Source of the DNA: Amoebidium appalachense
Lineage: Eukaryota; Protista; Ichthyosporea
DNA: 64,000 bases
Assembly (NCBI GenBank): GCA_963693365.1
Contig: CAVNZM010000003.1
Location: 2,258,768 to 2,322,767 of the forward strand
Reading direction: 5' to 3'
Positions 1 through 12,519 of this stretch are shown here, one piece after another (position 1 is the first letter of the stretch; every line of letters begins with the position of its first letter). The position numbers and the translations under genes are program-made. The notes under the pieces are model-generated. The model saw only the letters and a program-made list of their open reading frames with translations, was not told the origin of the DNA and did not search any database.

Positions 1-750
1 GCCGGAGCGCTGGGGGGGCATGAAGGTGGGCAAGAAGCATGCAGTGGTGCGGGTGGATCAGGTGCTGTCGCCGGCCATGCAGGTGCCCTTTGGCCCCGAC
101 AAGGGCAAGACCCTGGGAGAGCTGGGCCCGCCGCCCTTTGAGCTGATGGTGCACCTGCAGTGGCTACGGCCCATTCAGCCCCCACCGGACCCAGGTGCCG
201 AGGTGCCGGTGGTCCCTGACCCAGCCCCTCCCCCTGCCAGTCCTCCCCCTGCCGAGCAGCAGCAACCCCTTGCCGGCCCACAGGCACCCCCCCAGGACCC
301 CCAGGCAGCCCCGGGGGGCCTTGAGGCAGCCCCAGGGGGACCCGAGGCAGCTCCCAGAGAGGGCATGTTGGGCCAGGCACCGCCTGGGGAGGTGGTGTGG
401 CAGACTGTGCTGAATGACGCCTTCCACTCCATTGCAAACACGGCGGACGGCACGTACAAGTCACACCCCCGCAGGGCTGAGTACGCACGCGCACTCAGCG
501 AGGCAATATTTGTGTGGAATGAAGAGGATTACGGACATGTGAAGGTGCCCCCCCCCCTCCCCCCCCCCCCCAAAATAAAAAATAAAAAATAAAAATAAAA
601 AAAACGGCAACAACAACATGCGTGACTGACGCGCACACACACATACACTCGTTAGCACACACTCACCATTCCACCCACAACCATGCACACCTTCGACAAA
701 ACTTCTGAGGGAAGAGAGAGAGCCTGAGCCTCAGAGAGAGGGGGGGGGAA

Positions 751-797
<47 letters not shown>

Positions 798-1383
798 GGG
801 GGGGGAGGAGAGTGGGGGTTATTCATATGCCTAGAGAGAAATAATGTAGGGTTGTGGGGGGAAATAGCCACATGCATTTTTTACTTGTGTTGGGGGAGAA
901 GATGGGGGGGGTGGAGGGGAGGGGTCCTACAATAACGGCAGGTATCAAAGTCTACCAAACCCAAATTGCAGTGTGCGTAGTAAATTAATATTGGCATCCT
1001 GCCTCACAGGGGGTGCTGGAGCAGAAGGGCATCGACATTGAAACCGAGCTCAAGGGCGGCGACCTGAGCTACTTCATGGAGCGCATCCGGCGGGTTATTC
1101 CCGACCCATACACGCTGGTCTCGCGGCTGGTGGAGTTCAAAAACACCTACAAGGATGTGCCGCCCGGACCGGATGGCAAGCCTCTGTTCAAGAAGGATGG
1201 CTTTGAAAGACTCGAGGCAACATCCCCCCCCCCCCCCCCCTCCCCCTGCAGGCGCCCAACAACTCCACCACCACAGAAAAGATTCTTCGCTTATTTGTCA
1301 TCCTTGGTTCATCTGCACACACACGCACACCCTAGCCTCCCCCCCCCCCCCCCCCCCCCCCCCCCCAAACATACACACACACA

Positions 1384-1438
<55 letters not shown>

Positions 1439-1510
1439 CCCGCACGGCCCTTGCTGCCTAGCCAGTTGTTTTTTGCCTTTCCCTGCTCGTTTTTTTCCTT
1501 AGCAACCCCA

Positions 1511-1557
<47 letters not shown>

Positions 1558-3225
1558 ACACATACACACACACTACCACCACCACCACCCACCCATCTCT
1601 CTGATGTTTGCTTGTGCCCCCACAGTCGCTGCTCGAACACGCCCAAAATGGCTGTCTGTCGGACCCCCCCGGCCTGCCCCTCTACTACGAGACCACTGCC
1701 GACGCAGATGGGCTCATGCGCTACCGCTGCATCCGGGGCACCAACGAGGTGGAGGGGGCAGTGCACAACCCCCTGGCCACCCACTTTGGGGCCACACGCA
1801 TGTCGCTGCGCCTGCTGGACGCCACCATGTCCAATAGGCGCCACCGCCACAACCTGCGTGCACACTACCGCAACCGCCTGGGCCAGGCATCGGGGCCCCC
1901 CCACTACAGCCCCTGGATTGTTGACGACATGGAGGCACTGGCGCTGATGCTGTACGGCCATCACCTCGACCCCCAGTGGGTACCCGTAGGCTGCTACAAG
2001 CTACCGGAGGAGTACTTCAACTTTGCCCCGCTCTCCTGTGTGGCCAATGCCCCGGCGCAGGAGCCAGTTGCGGTGCCCGCACCCCCACCTCCGTCTGATA
2101 ACATCGAGCCTGCAGCCAATGGCGTGATGGGCGGGCCAGAGGACTGTGAGGTCGAGGAGGGTGACGGTGCTGCCATGGGGGGGGGGCAACCAGGTGGCGC
2201 GTGGTGCACCACAGCCGGACCCTGCACTGAGGGGCGACTACAAGTTCCTGGCGCAGAAGCAACATGTGGCCATCCCCTTCCTTCCGGTGCTTACCCCTCA
2301 GGAGCGCAAGCTATTCAGCACGCTGCTCCTGGGCACCTACAAGGCACATGCAAAGCCCAACGGCCAGCTGTTCGAGGCTTTGGCCCAAGACTTCAACAAG
2401 GCTGCCTCTGTGGCTGGGGGAATCTACATGAAGGATGCGGCCTACATCAAGAAGCATTTCGACAAGTGGAAGACCTGGCAGACGGCACATGCACAGCGCT
2501 CCACACACGAGGGCCTGGCAGATCACCGCAAGCGTATGCGCGAGGAGAGGGCAGACGCTGTGCCAGCAACCATACGGCCTGCCCCCTTGCCACCCCTCCC
2601 TGTTCCAGACGGTGTCGATGCAGGGGCGCAGCGTGAGCGGCCCTTGCCCATGCTAGTGGGCAAAAAGCATCGCAACATTGGCCCTGAGGGGCCCCTGCAG
2701 ATGGATTTGCCGGTGCCCCCTCCTATGCAGCCACCCCAGAGAGCCCCCAAGACCTGCAAGACGTGTGGCCGCCAGGGCAAGGGCTGCCCCGGCTCCAATC
2801 GGGCCAAGAGCTGCCCACGTTGGGTTGCAGCCAATCAGGATGCCATGCCACCAGCACCCGCGCTTGACATGCAGCAGGGCCATGTGCCGCACATGCCCCC
2901 TGCACCCCATCCAGGCCCGCACCACCCACATGGCTGGCCCCCACCGTGGGGCATCATGCCGCCTCAGCCCGGCCCTGCCTTCCCCATGCCTGGGCTACTG
3001 CCGCAGCACGGTCCCCATCCTTACTTGGGCCATGTGGGCCAGCCCTCGGCTGGTGGGCAGTTCCCACCCCCTTCTCGTGCATCTGCTGTGCTGGGCCTGG
3101 CGTTGCCACCTGCTGGAGAGACGCAGCTGCAATGGCACGATCGAAAGCAAAGTAATCGTGGCCGCAAGTCTGCAGGCAGCCAATCAGGATCTCAGAGTAG
3201 TCAGAGTAGCCAAACTAGTGTCTAA
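1..3225 (+). CDS. Dada-like transposase, copy A, 3' exons (<1-544, 1010-1216, 1626-3225)
   Basis: NDAFH (DxxH), GCLSDPPG, RCIRGTNEVEG (catalytic E) and C-terminal CxxC..C..C finger. One extra G in the run at ~2177-2186 shifts the frame relative to copy C (probable homopolymer error). Confidence 0.8.
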
Positions 3226-3664
3226 TATTGGAATGTACACCAATGTAACGGATCTCATATGTGTTGTAGTGCTTCAAGTTATACCTGTTCTTCGTACAGT
3301 CATGTTAGGGGGGAGGGGGGGGGGGGGGGGGGGGGGGGGGCTAGCTTTCATTCCGAAGTTTACTGTAAAGAATTAAAATTTAGAATCTGAGTAATAGTAC
3401 AGAGCCTTTGCACTTTTCTCTGTTTGTTAGGAATTCTTTGTGATCGAGAGTATGGTGTGTTAGACTATTGGTGTTAATGTGTCCTGGAAGGTGTATAATG
3501 TCTGCTGGCCGTAGTCAGTATCTATTTTTAGGTATATAGTATATTTTTAAATGTTGGCCGCTGGCCAATAAATAGCAAATAATAAACACACGATAAAGTC
3601 AACAGCGTGCCAAAAAACTAATCCCCAGCGAGCGCACCCAGTGATGTGTGTGTGTGTGTGTGTG

Positions 3665-3735
<71 letters not shown>

Positions 3736-5048
3736 CGCGCGCGTGCGTGCGTGTGTGTGTGTGTGTGTGCGTGCGTGCGTGCGTGTGTGCGTGTGTGCGT
3801 GTGTGCGTGTGTGCGTGTGTGTGTGTGAGTGTGTGTGTGTGTGTGTGTATGTGTGGTGTGGTGTGTGCGCGGCTTGTACATATGTACGTGTTCATGTGCA
3901 CCTGTGTCGGACCTACGAAGTACATGAAAGTAAATTTTGACAGCATCGATCTGCCGGTGTGTATGTGTATGTGTGCCAGTGCAGCAGGTGTGCCTTGTAA
4001 CTGATAGCTTCGCATTTTACGTGTGTGTATATATAGTAGTACGCATAGACACTTGCTGATCATTCGGATCGACATTAATATTTAATCTGTCGGTCCTCGG
4101 TTTTTTGAGTGAATGATGATCAAGTGTAAGAGCATTCACTTGGCAAGTATTAATGTTGCAGAGGCTAGCTGCAGCTGCAAGCGTCGGATGCACACTGACA
4201 ATTGTCTTTTCAGCGAGTCTAACCTGCAGGCAGCAGCTGCACACATATAGGGTTGTTATCTTGCGGCACATGCACGGTGATCATTTCAGAGTAATAGAGT
4301 TCAGAGCAATGAAAATAATGAAAATAACTAAACTTTGTGACTACTTTAAAGTTGCTGAGATCATACGTGGTGCAAGCTGCACTATGAACACATGTATAGT
4401 GCTAGTAATTAATACATTTTTGTTGCCTTCTGCAGGGTTATCGTAGCTACGTCACGGCCTGCACTCAGGGGGGGAGGGGGGGGGGAGAGGGGGATGATTC
4501 GAAGGGGGTATAAATAAGAACATGCACCTAAAGGTCTTTCCCGTGGATCCTCCCCCCCTCCCCCCCCCACCTCTCCCTCCCCCGGGGCCCCATACTATGA
4601 TATCTAGGCCCAATATTATATGCCCCTTCCCCCCCCCCCCCCCCCCCCTCCTCTCCGGATCCCCGGACCCCACTTCCCTACCCGGAGGCTCAAGAGCTCC
4701 CCCCTCTCCCCCTCTCCCCCCCCCCCCCCCCCCCCAAGGCTTACGGGGGCCCTTCTTCATCGAGGGGGAGGGGGTGGGGGTGGGGGGGGGTGGGGGGAGG
4801 GGGTGGGGGGAGGGAAGTGGAAGGCGGGGGTGGATGCATGTCAGCCTAGGTGAATTCAATTGTTTAACTCCAGTGTGCAGGACTGGTCTGAAGGCTTAAG
4901 AAAACAACGAGGAAATGGGGTCCAGTGGAGGTGGTGGTGGTGTTCTGTGTGTGTGTGTACACGTGCACGTATGTGTGTGGTTTTTTTAAGGGGTGAGTGG
5001 TGGTGGTGGTGGTGGTGGTGGTCACCGTGGTGGTGGTGTGTGTGTCTG

Positions 5049-5114
<66 letters not shown>

Positions 5115-5992
5115 TAGAAAGAAAAACTGCTCGTGGGTCACTGTTTTTCGTCACTGTATTTGTAACGGGCCGCTCATATTTATATAACTACTTTAATTTA
5201 AGTACACGTGTTCATTATCATATACGATGGCCAAATATAGAAATTTTGGCGTCGAAGTTCTTGGAGCTAAAAAAACGTTTAAAAGGGGGAAATAATAGCT
5301 TGGCCCCAAATTTACCTTGCCGTTTTTAGCGAATGTATTTTTTATTCATGAGTTCTAGTGATTCAGTGAGTGCACGTGCCTGCCTCAGGCTGATCATGAC
5401 AACTGCAACACACCATTCCTACATGGATATCAACCAAAAGAAAATAGTATATACTGTGGTGGTCTCCTAAACCTTGTGCGGCATGCGCATACATGATATT
5501 ACAGTGACGCATGTGCATATTATTGTTCTGTACACCGGAGTGTGCCGGTGCACGTGGCTGTTTTGTGCACATGTTACAATAGCAGCACGATCTCCCTAAA
5601 CTCCATGTTTACACATCCCTCACCCTGGCTCTGCCTTGTCGGTGCTCCAAAACACACATACAAATCCCCCTAGACTCAGTGCCTGCACATGGTCGCATTC
5701 ACGTGCAGGTCACGTGACACATGCGATGCCATACTGCCGTCTACAGCAACAACCACGGCAGCATGTATACCGGCCCAGCACGAAATATACTTATCGGCAG
5801 CCCACTGAACTCGCCCATTTTCTCTTTTTCATGTATGTCCCTCCTTTTTTGTAAAATCACCCTTTTTGGCCTCCCGGTAGTGGATTTTGCAGGATTTGAC
5901 TTCTTTGAGGTCCAAAAACCTCAAATTTTCCCCGGCGGGGCCGGGGAGGGAGAATTCAAAAATTGCCCGCTCCTGATATGGTACCCGGGCCC
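1..5992 (+). mobile_element. Dada-like DNA transposon, copy A (5' part outside window)
   Basis: Near-identical to the 3' half of copies B and C. Contains transposase exons 4-6 and the ~2.8 kb 3' non-coding region ending at the junction motif. Confidence 0.75.
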
Positions 5993-6319
5993 ATTTTTGG
6001 GGGGGTGCGGCATGCCAGGAGCTACTACTAGAGAGAAGGGGGGGGTATGATTGGAGGGGGGGGTGTTCAGCTAACCTTATATGGATAAAGCAAAGTTACA
6101 AGGATTCAAGCCATTGGTTGGGCAAGACCCCTTTTGCCGAATATGGATAACAGATCATACACTGCTGTAGGCGGCGGTCAGGAATTGGCGCGCTCTTTAC
6201 TGGTCACAACCAGTCCGGGAAGGCCATGAGCAGCATTGCCGAGCACACTGGAATACGGGAATGTTTGCGGTAACGTAGTCGCACTAGGGGGGCAGGGGGC
6301 CAGGCCCCAAGTGTTTAAA

Positions 6320-7666
6320 ATGAAGCCAGGCTGCCCTAAGGGCACAACACAGCGCCCTGGGCATAAAACAGGCGGAGCTAGGGAGGGAGCTGGGCGCAAA
6401 AAAAAAGATGCTGCATTTGTTCAGCCTTTAGCGAACTTTGCAGGTTTTGGGACGGCAAACAAAGCTGTTTTGCAGGAACTAAACGTAAACGTACAACCCG
6501 AACAGCCCCCTCTATCTAAGGCCGCCGACATAAGGGCCCGTGTAGTTGAGGCAGGTAGCGTCCATTCGTTACCAAGAGAAATGGATCGGGCCCCTGCTCC
6601 ACACCCACCAGACATACAGGTGCAACCCGACGAGGAACCTTTGCTAAATGCAGCAGCAGATGCGTACCGGGTAGACGAGGATGAAGGGGAGGAAGAGGGA
6701 GAAGATAATACGGACGGGGATGACGGTGGAGAGGAGTTTTCTGACGCGGCGGGCGAAACAATCAAGTCGCACCTGCACACAGTGAAAGAGAGTCTCAAAG
6801 ATGAGAAGACGCCTGTGGGGTGGCATCTTCCACCTCCCATTATAGGCTTTAAATTTGGGGGCGATCCAGCGCCTTTCTACAAGGTGGTGCCGTGCCCCTT
6901 CGATGATCACTACGTGGACCCCCACAACCACCCCAACCCACACCGTACTTCTCGCAATGGGTTCATGAGCAACCCCGTAGGACGGCGTGTTATCGACTTT
7001 GACAGCTGCTACTACATTATCACGGCCCGGTACTTTTGTGACACATGCAAAAAAAACTTTGCCGGCACAAACCCCCAGACAATTAAACGCCTTCCACTCT
7101 TCATGCGTGATCAGTTTCCGGCCTACCTTAGCCACCGCAGTGGGCTCGACCTAAAGGTGGTAACATTGTTGCGTGCACTGGCAGACAAAGGTGTGGGCCC
7201 AAACGCCTTTGCCACCCTCCTCTCGGAGCTCCACAAGCAGCGATACGACGAGCAGCGGCTCCTGTATTACTCGAGGGCGCTGCATTGGACCAAGTATGAA
7301 CTCAAAAAGCGTAACGATTTCCGCCCCCACGACCAGCGCCTGACAGAACTTCCCCCAGAGGAGCAGGCGGCTAAGTTCTCGGCGTTTGGTGACAAAAATG
7401 GTTACGCTGGACATGTGCCTTCAGGCAAGTGTGCACTGCATTTTGGGTGTGTAAATGGTCCCCATTGTTTTGTATGCACGTGCTTGGGCATTTTTTGGGT
7501 TGGCTTGGTAGGGTTTTGTTTTATTATTTTTTATTTTTTTTTTTAGGGGGGGGGGGGGACTTGGAAATGGGTTTTGGAAGTGTGGTCAATAAGTTTCTAT
7601 TATGGTGGTGGTGGATGTGTGGTGGTGGATGTGCGCCTGTGAGTGTGCGTGTACTTGTGGGTCCGT

Positions 7667-7719
<53 letters not shown>

Positions 7720-7793
7720 GGGGGGACATGGTGATGGATTAGGTGGTGGTGGTGGCAATCAGTCATGGTGGTGGTGGTGGTGGTGGTGGTGGT

Positions 7794-7824
<31 letters not shown>

Positions 7825-7970
7825 GGGCAGAGGGATCATCAGAGGGGTGAAAGCATAACGGTCCATGTACCAGTGAGTGTGCTTGGGAAATCGTGGAGAA
7901 CTGTTATGCCTGAAATTAGATGGTGGGTGTGCGCATGTGTGTCTGTGTGTGTTGGGGGAAAGGAGGTGGA

Positions 7971-8029
<59 letters not shown>

Positions 8030-8215
8030 GGGCACATGGTGGTAGACTGGATCTTGGTGGCGGTACTTAATGGTTATTATAGTAGTGGCAGGAGGGTGTG
8101 GGGGGAAGGGCAAACGGACGTGCAGGGGACAAACTGCAGATGGGGCACAAAGGGGAAAGAAGGTGAAAGTTGGTGCAATGACTTGGAGGGTTTGCGCGCG
8201 CCGGGAGGCGGGGGG

Positions 8216-8249
<34 letters not shown>

Positions 8250-8675
8250 AACGGCCGGAGATGGGTGTGTAGCGTTTTTGAGATGGGAAAAGCCATACAG
8301 ACTTACGAAAATACAGAGAGGTGAGATGAACACGAGGGACTAGAGGGAATGGGGGGGATGGTCCTGATGGGAGGGTGGTGGAGTTCTAACAGTACTTGGG
8401 GTTCAGGCAAATACCTGAGTGCCGTGTATACTGAGTTCAGCGACCGCACGGCAAAGTACCAGAGCCTGGACACGCAGCTCAAGCCCGTAAACAACGTGCT
8501 CAAGGCCGACCACACCTTCCAAATTGGGAAGCTCACCGGCATCAATGGGGAGCCTCTGTACCGAGGCCTATGGACTTGTGTAAACGAGCTTGGCGGTGTG
8601 TGGTCCCTCCTCTTCTCCCCCCTCCCCCCACTCTCCCCCAGGCCCCCTTCCCCCCTCCCCCCCCCCCACACACCC

Positions 8676-8706
<31 letters not shown>

Positions 8707-8940
8707 ACGCCCCCCCCTCCCCCCCCCCTCCCCCCCCTCCCCCCTCTAGGGCCTTTAAATCTCTTAGGCTCCACATTTAATGAGGTGGCACACTGTGAGT
8801 AGAGGTTTGTAGTATGTGGGTTTTGGGGACAATTCTTGCCCTGTCGAGCAAAAACTAGGAAGCTCCAGATATGTGTGTATGTGTTTTTGCTGGGTAGAGA
8901 TTGGGGTGGGCTGGGGTGGAGCTTTCTTTTGGCGGGGAAT

Positions 8941-8996
<56 letters not shown>

Positions 8997-10491
8997 AGCT
9001 TCTGCCAAGCAGAATGGGAGTAGGGGCCAGTGATTGCAAGGGATGCAGGGGGGGGGGGGGGGGGGGGGAGAGACACCACCGTCGGGGTTGAAGGTAGAGA
9101 GGGCAAGAGGCCCGGGGTGGGGTGGGGTGGGGGGGGGGGGGGGGGGACAGTAGGTGCCATATGGAGGGCTGTCCCATGGTTTGGGGGGAGGGGGAGTGGG
9201 GAAGGATCGTGGGCACATGGGTTTGGGGGGAAGGCAGAGAGGGGGAAAGGATTGTGATCACAAGGGTTTAGGGGGAGGAAGGGGGAAGGATTGTAGGTAC
9301 ATGGGTTTAGGGGGGAGGGGGGGGGGGGAAGATTTTGGGGGAAAGGGAGGCCTGGGGAAAGTATGTGGGCACATGGGTTTGGGGGGAAGGAGGGGGAAGG
9401 GTTTTGGGGGAGAGGGAGGGGAAAGTATGTGGGCACATGGGTTTGGGGGGAGGGAGGGGGAAAGGATTGTGTGGGCACTGAAGTCTCGTGAAGGGCCATG
9501 TGGTAAGGGAAGCTAGAACATGCATGGCCGCTCGGAGATGCCCTCTCACACAGTGCGGCACCCCAGAGATCCGGGCGCAGGCATTTACACGGGACTGCAG
9601 CCACCAGGAGATTGAGCCCGTGATCCAGCGCATCTCTGCCACCACGGCGGCGCTCAACAGCAAGGGCCCGGCCTTCTTCTACACAGATCGGTGCTGCCAA
9701 GACCGGGCGTTTGTTGAGCGCATGTTTCCAACCCTAGCCCGGCCAAAATGCCCCGTCCGTCTGAACGAGGCTGCGCTGGTAAGCGTGACGGACGGTCTGC
9801 CTGGGCTGGAGCTGCCGGCCAACTACCCTAAGCCGGTGTACACCGACTGCCAGGGGGCGGTGGTGGCTACAGCGGCCATTCGTGCCGACCTGGAGGGGCA
9901 GCAGCACCGCGTGGTGGGGCTGGACTGCGAGTGGGTCTATCGGGTGGGCCAGGCGCGGTCCAAGGTTTGCACGCTGCAGATTGCCACCGCACGGGCCGTG
10001 TACATCTTCCACTTGGCACGCATGGGCCCCAACCACAGCCCGCCCGCGCGGCTGGTGGACGAGCTGATTGCGCTGCTTAGGGACCCCAGCATCATCAAGG
10101 TGGGCAAGCAGATCGGCACGGACTCGGCCCACCTCAACAAGGACTACGGCACCCCTGTGGCCAGCTATCTGGAGCTGGGCCGGTTCTGCTATGCCCGTGC
10201 AGCTATCACCTCTGCGGCCCGGGGCTTGGCCGACATCACTGCCCAGGTCATAGGCAAGAAGCTGCCCAAGCCGGCACTTGTTCGATGCTCCAACTGGCAC
10301 GAGCCGCTATCAGAGGTGCAGGCCACCTACGCTGCCCTTGATGCATATGCGTCCCTGCAGGTCTACTCGGCCGTGGTCGATAGGCCAAACCTGTCAGGTG
10401 TGTATCCCACCTGCTTTTTGCCCCAGTGCTTATGTGCTTATGCCAGATATAGAAAGATTGTGGGCCCCCCAGAGGAGAGGGGGAGGGGGAG

Positions 10492-10525
<34 letters not shown>

Positions 10526-11697
10526 GGCTGACCACATGGGCCAGTGTTCCAGTTGTGTTATGCTGGGTGTCGGGTGGCTATCAAAGGAGGGGGTGATTGG
10601 TGGTGGTGGTGGTGGTGGTGGTGGGGGGGGGGGGGGGGGGGGGGGGGCTATAGCACTGTTAACACGTGCAAGTGCCACACAAGCTGGGCACTGGGAGAGG
10701 GGGGGGGGGGGAGGGAGAAGGGGGGGGGGGGGGGGGGGGGAAGGGGGTTGCTAAGGAATATGCATTTGATTTTTGTGGAGCGAAGAGAAAAACGTTGGTG
10801 CTGTGGCTTTTTGGCTGAGTTTTTTGCTTCCCTCTATGACATGCAGCGCGGCTTCATGCAAAGGCACTCGGTGAAGGGGTTGAGATTGTGCCCCGGCGGG
10901 GCCCACATGCTGCAGCAGCCACCGGGGTGGTGCTGGCTGTGCAGCCGGAGCGCTGGGGGGGCATGAAGGTGGGCAAGAAGCATGCAGTGGTGCGGGTGGA
11001 TCAGGTGCTGTCGCCGGCCATGCAGGTGCCCTTTGGCCCCGACAAGGGCAAGACCCTGGGAGAGCTGGGCCCGCCGCCCTTTGAGCTGATGGTGCACCTG
11101 CAGTGGCTACGGCCCATTCAGCCCCCACCGGACCCAGGTGCCGAGGTGCCGGTGGTCCCTGACCCAGCCCCTCCCCCTGCCAGTCCTCCCCCTGCCGAGC
11201 AGCAGCAACCCCTTGCCGGCCCACAGGCACCCCCCCAGGACCCCCAGGCAGCCCCGGGGGGCCTTGAGGCAGCCCCAGGGGGACCCGAGGCAGCTCCCAG
11301 AGAGGGCATGTTGGGCCAGGCACCGCCTGGGGAGGTGGTGTGGCAGACTGTGCTGAATGACGCCTTCCACTCCATTGCAAACACGGCGGACGGCACGTAC
11401 AAGTCACACCCCCGCAGGGCTGAGTACGCACGCGCACTCAGCGAGGCAATATTTGTGTGGAATGAAGAGGATTACGGACATGTGAAGGTGCTCCCCCCCC
11501 CCCTCCCCCCCCCCCCAAAATAAAAAATAAAAAATAAAAATAAAAAAAACGGCAACAACAACATGCGTGACTGACGCGCACACACACATACACTCGTTAG
11601 CACACACTCACCATTCCACCCACAACCATGCACACCTTCGACAAAACTTCTGAGGGAAGAGAGAGAGCCTGAGCCTCAGAGAGAGGGGGGGGGGGAA

Positions 11698-11738
<41 letters not shown>

Positions 11739-12281
11739 GGGGGGAGGAGAGTGGGGGTTATTCATATGCCTAGAGAGAAATAATGTAGGGTTGTGGGGGG
11801 AAATAGCCACATGCATTTTTTACTTGTGTTGGGGGAGAAGATGGGGGGGGTGGAGGGGAGGGGTCCTACAATAACGGCAGGTATCAAAGTCTACCAAACC
11901 CAAATTGCAGTGTGCGTAGTAAATTAATATTGGCATCCTGCCTCACAGGGGGTGCTGGAGCAGAAGGGCATCGACATTGAAACCGAGCTCAAGGGCGGCG
12001 ACCTGAGCTACTTCATGGAGCGCATCCGGCGGGTTATTCCCGACCCATACACGCTGGTCTCGCGGCTGGTGGAGTTCAAAAACACCTACAAGGATGTGCC
12101 GCCCGGACCGGATGGCAAGCCTCTGTTCAAGAAGGATGGCTTTGAAAGACTCGAGGCAACATCCCCCCCCCCCCCCCCCCCCCCCTCCCCTGCAGGCGCC
12201 CAACAACTCCACCACCACAGAAAAGATTCTTCGCTTATTTGTCATCCTTGGTTCATCTGCACACACACGCACACCCTAGCC

Positions 12282-12314
<33 letters not shown>

Positions 12315-12329
12315 ACATACACACACACA

Positions 12330-12383
<54 letters not shown>

Positions 12384-12468
12384 CCCGCACGGCCCTTGCT
12401 GCCTAGCCAGTTGTTTTTTGCCTTTCCCTGCTCGTTTTTTTCCTTAGCAACCCCATCCCCCCCCCCCC

Positions 12469-12519
<51 letters not shown>

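Noticed and set aside
4116-4130. U2 snRNA-like GATCAAGTGTA as a possible Dada target
   Set aside because: Only an 11-nt match; it lacks GTATC and the flanking U2 stems.
5900-5995. Helitron 3' end (GC-rich hairpin plus tandem array)
   Set aside because: No Rep/helicase motifs and no CTRR terminus; the encoded protein has DDE-type motifs.
6160-6175. 5S rRNA 3'-end-like TGCTGTAGGC
   Set aside because: 10-nt match without the rest of 5S or its internal control region.
9488-10531. Stand-alone host WRN/EXD2 exonuclease gene
   Set aside because: It is an internal exon whose splice phases join transposase exons on both sides, and it includes the YTDRCC motif.
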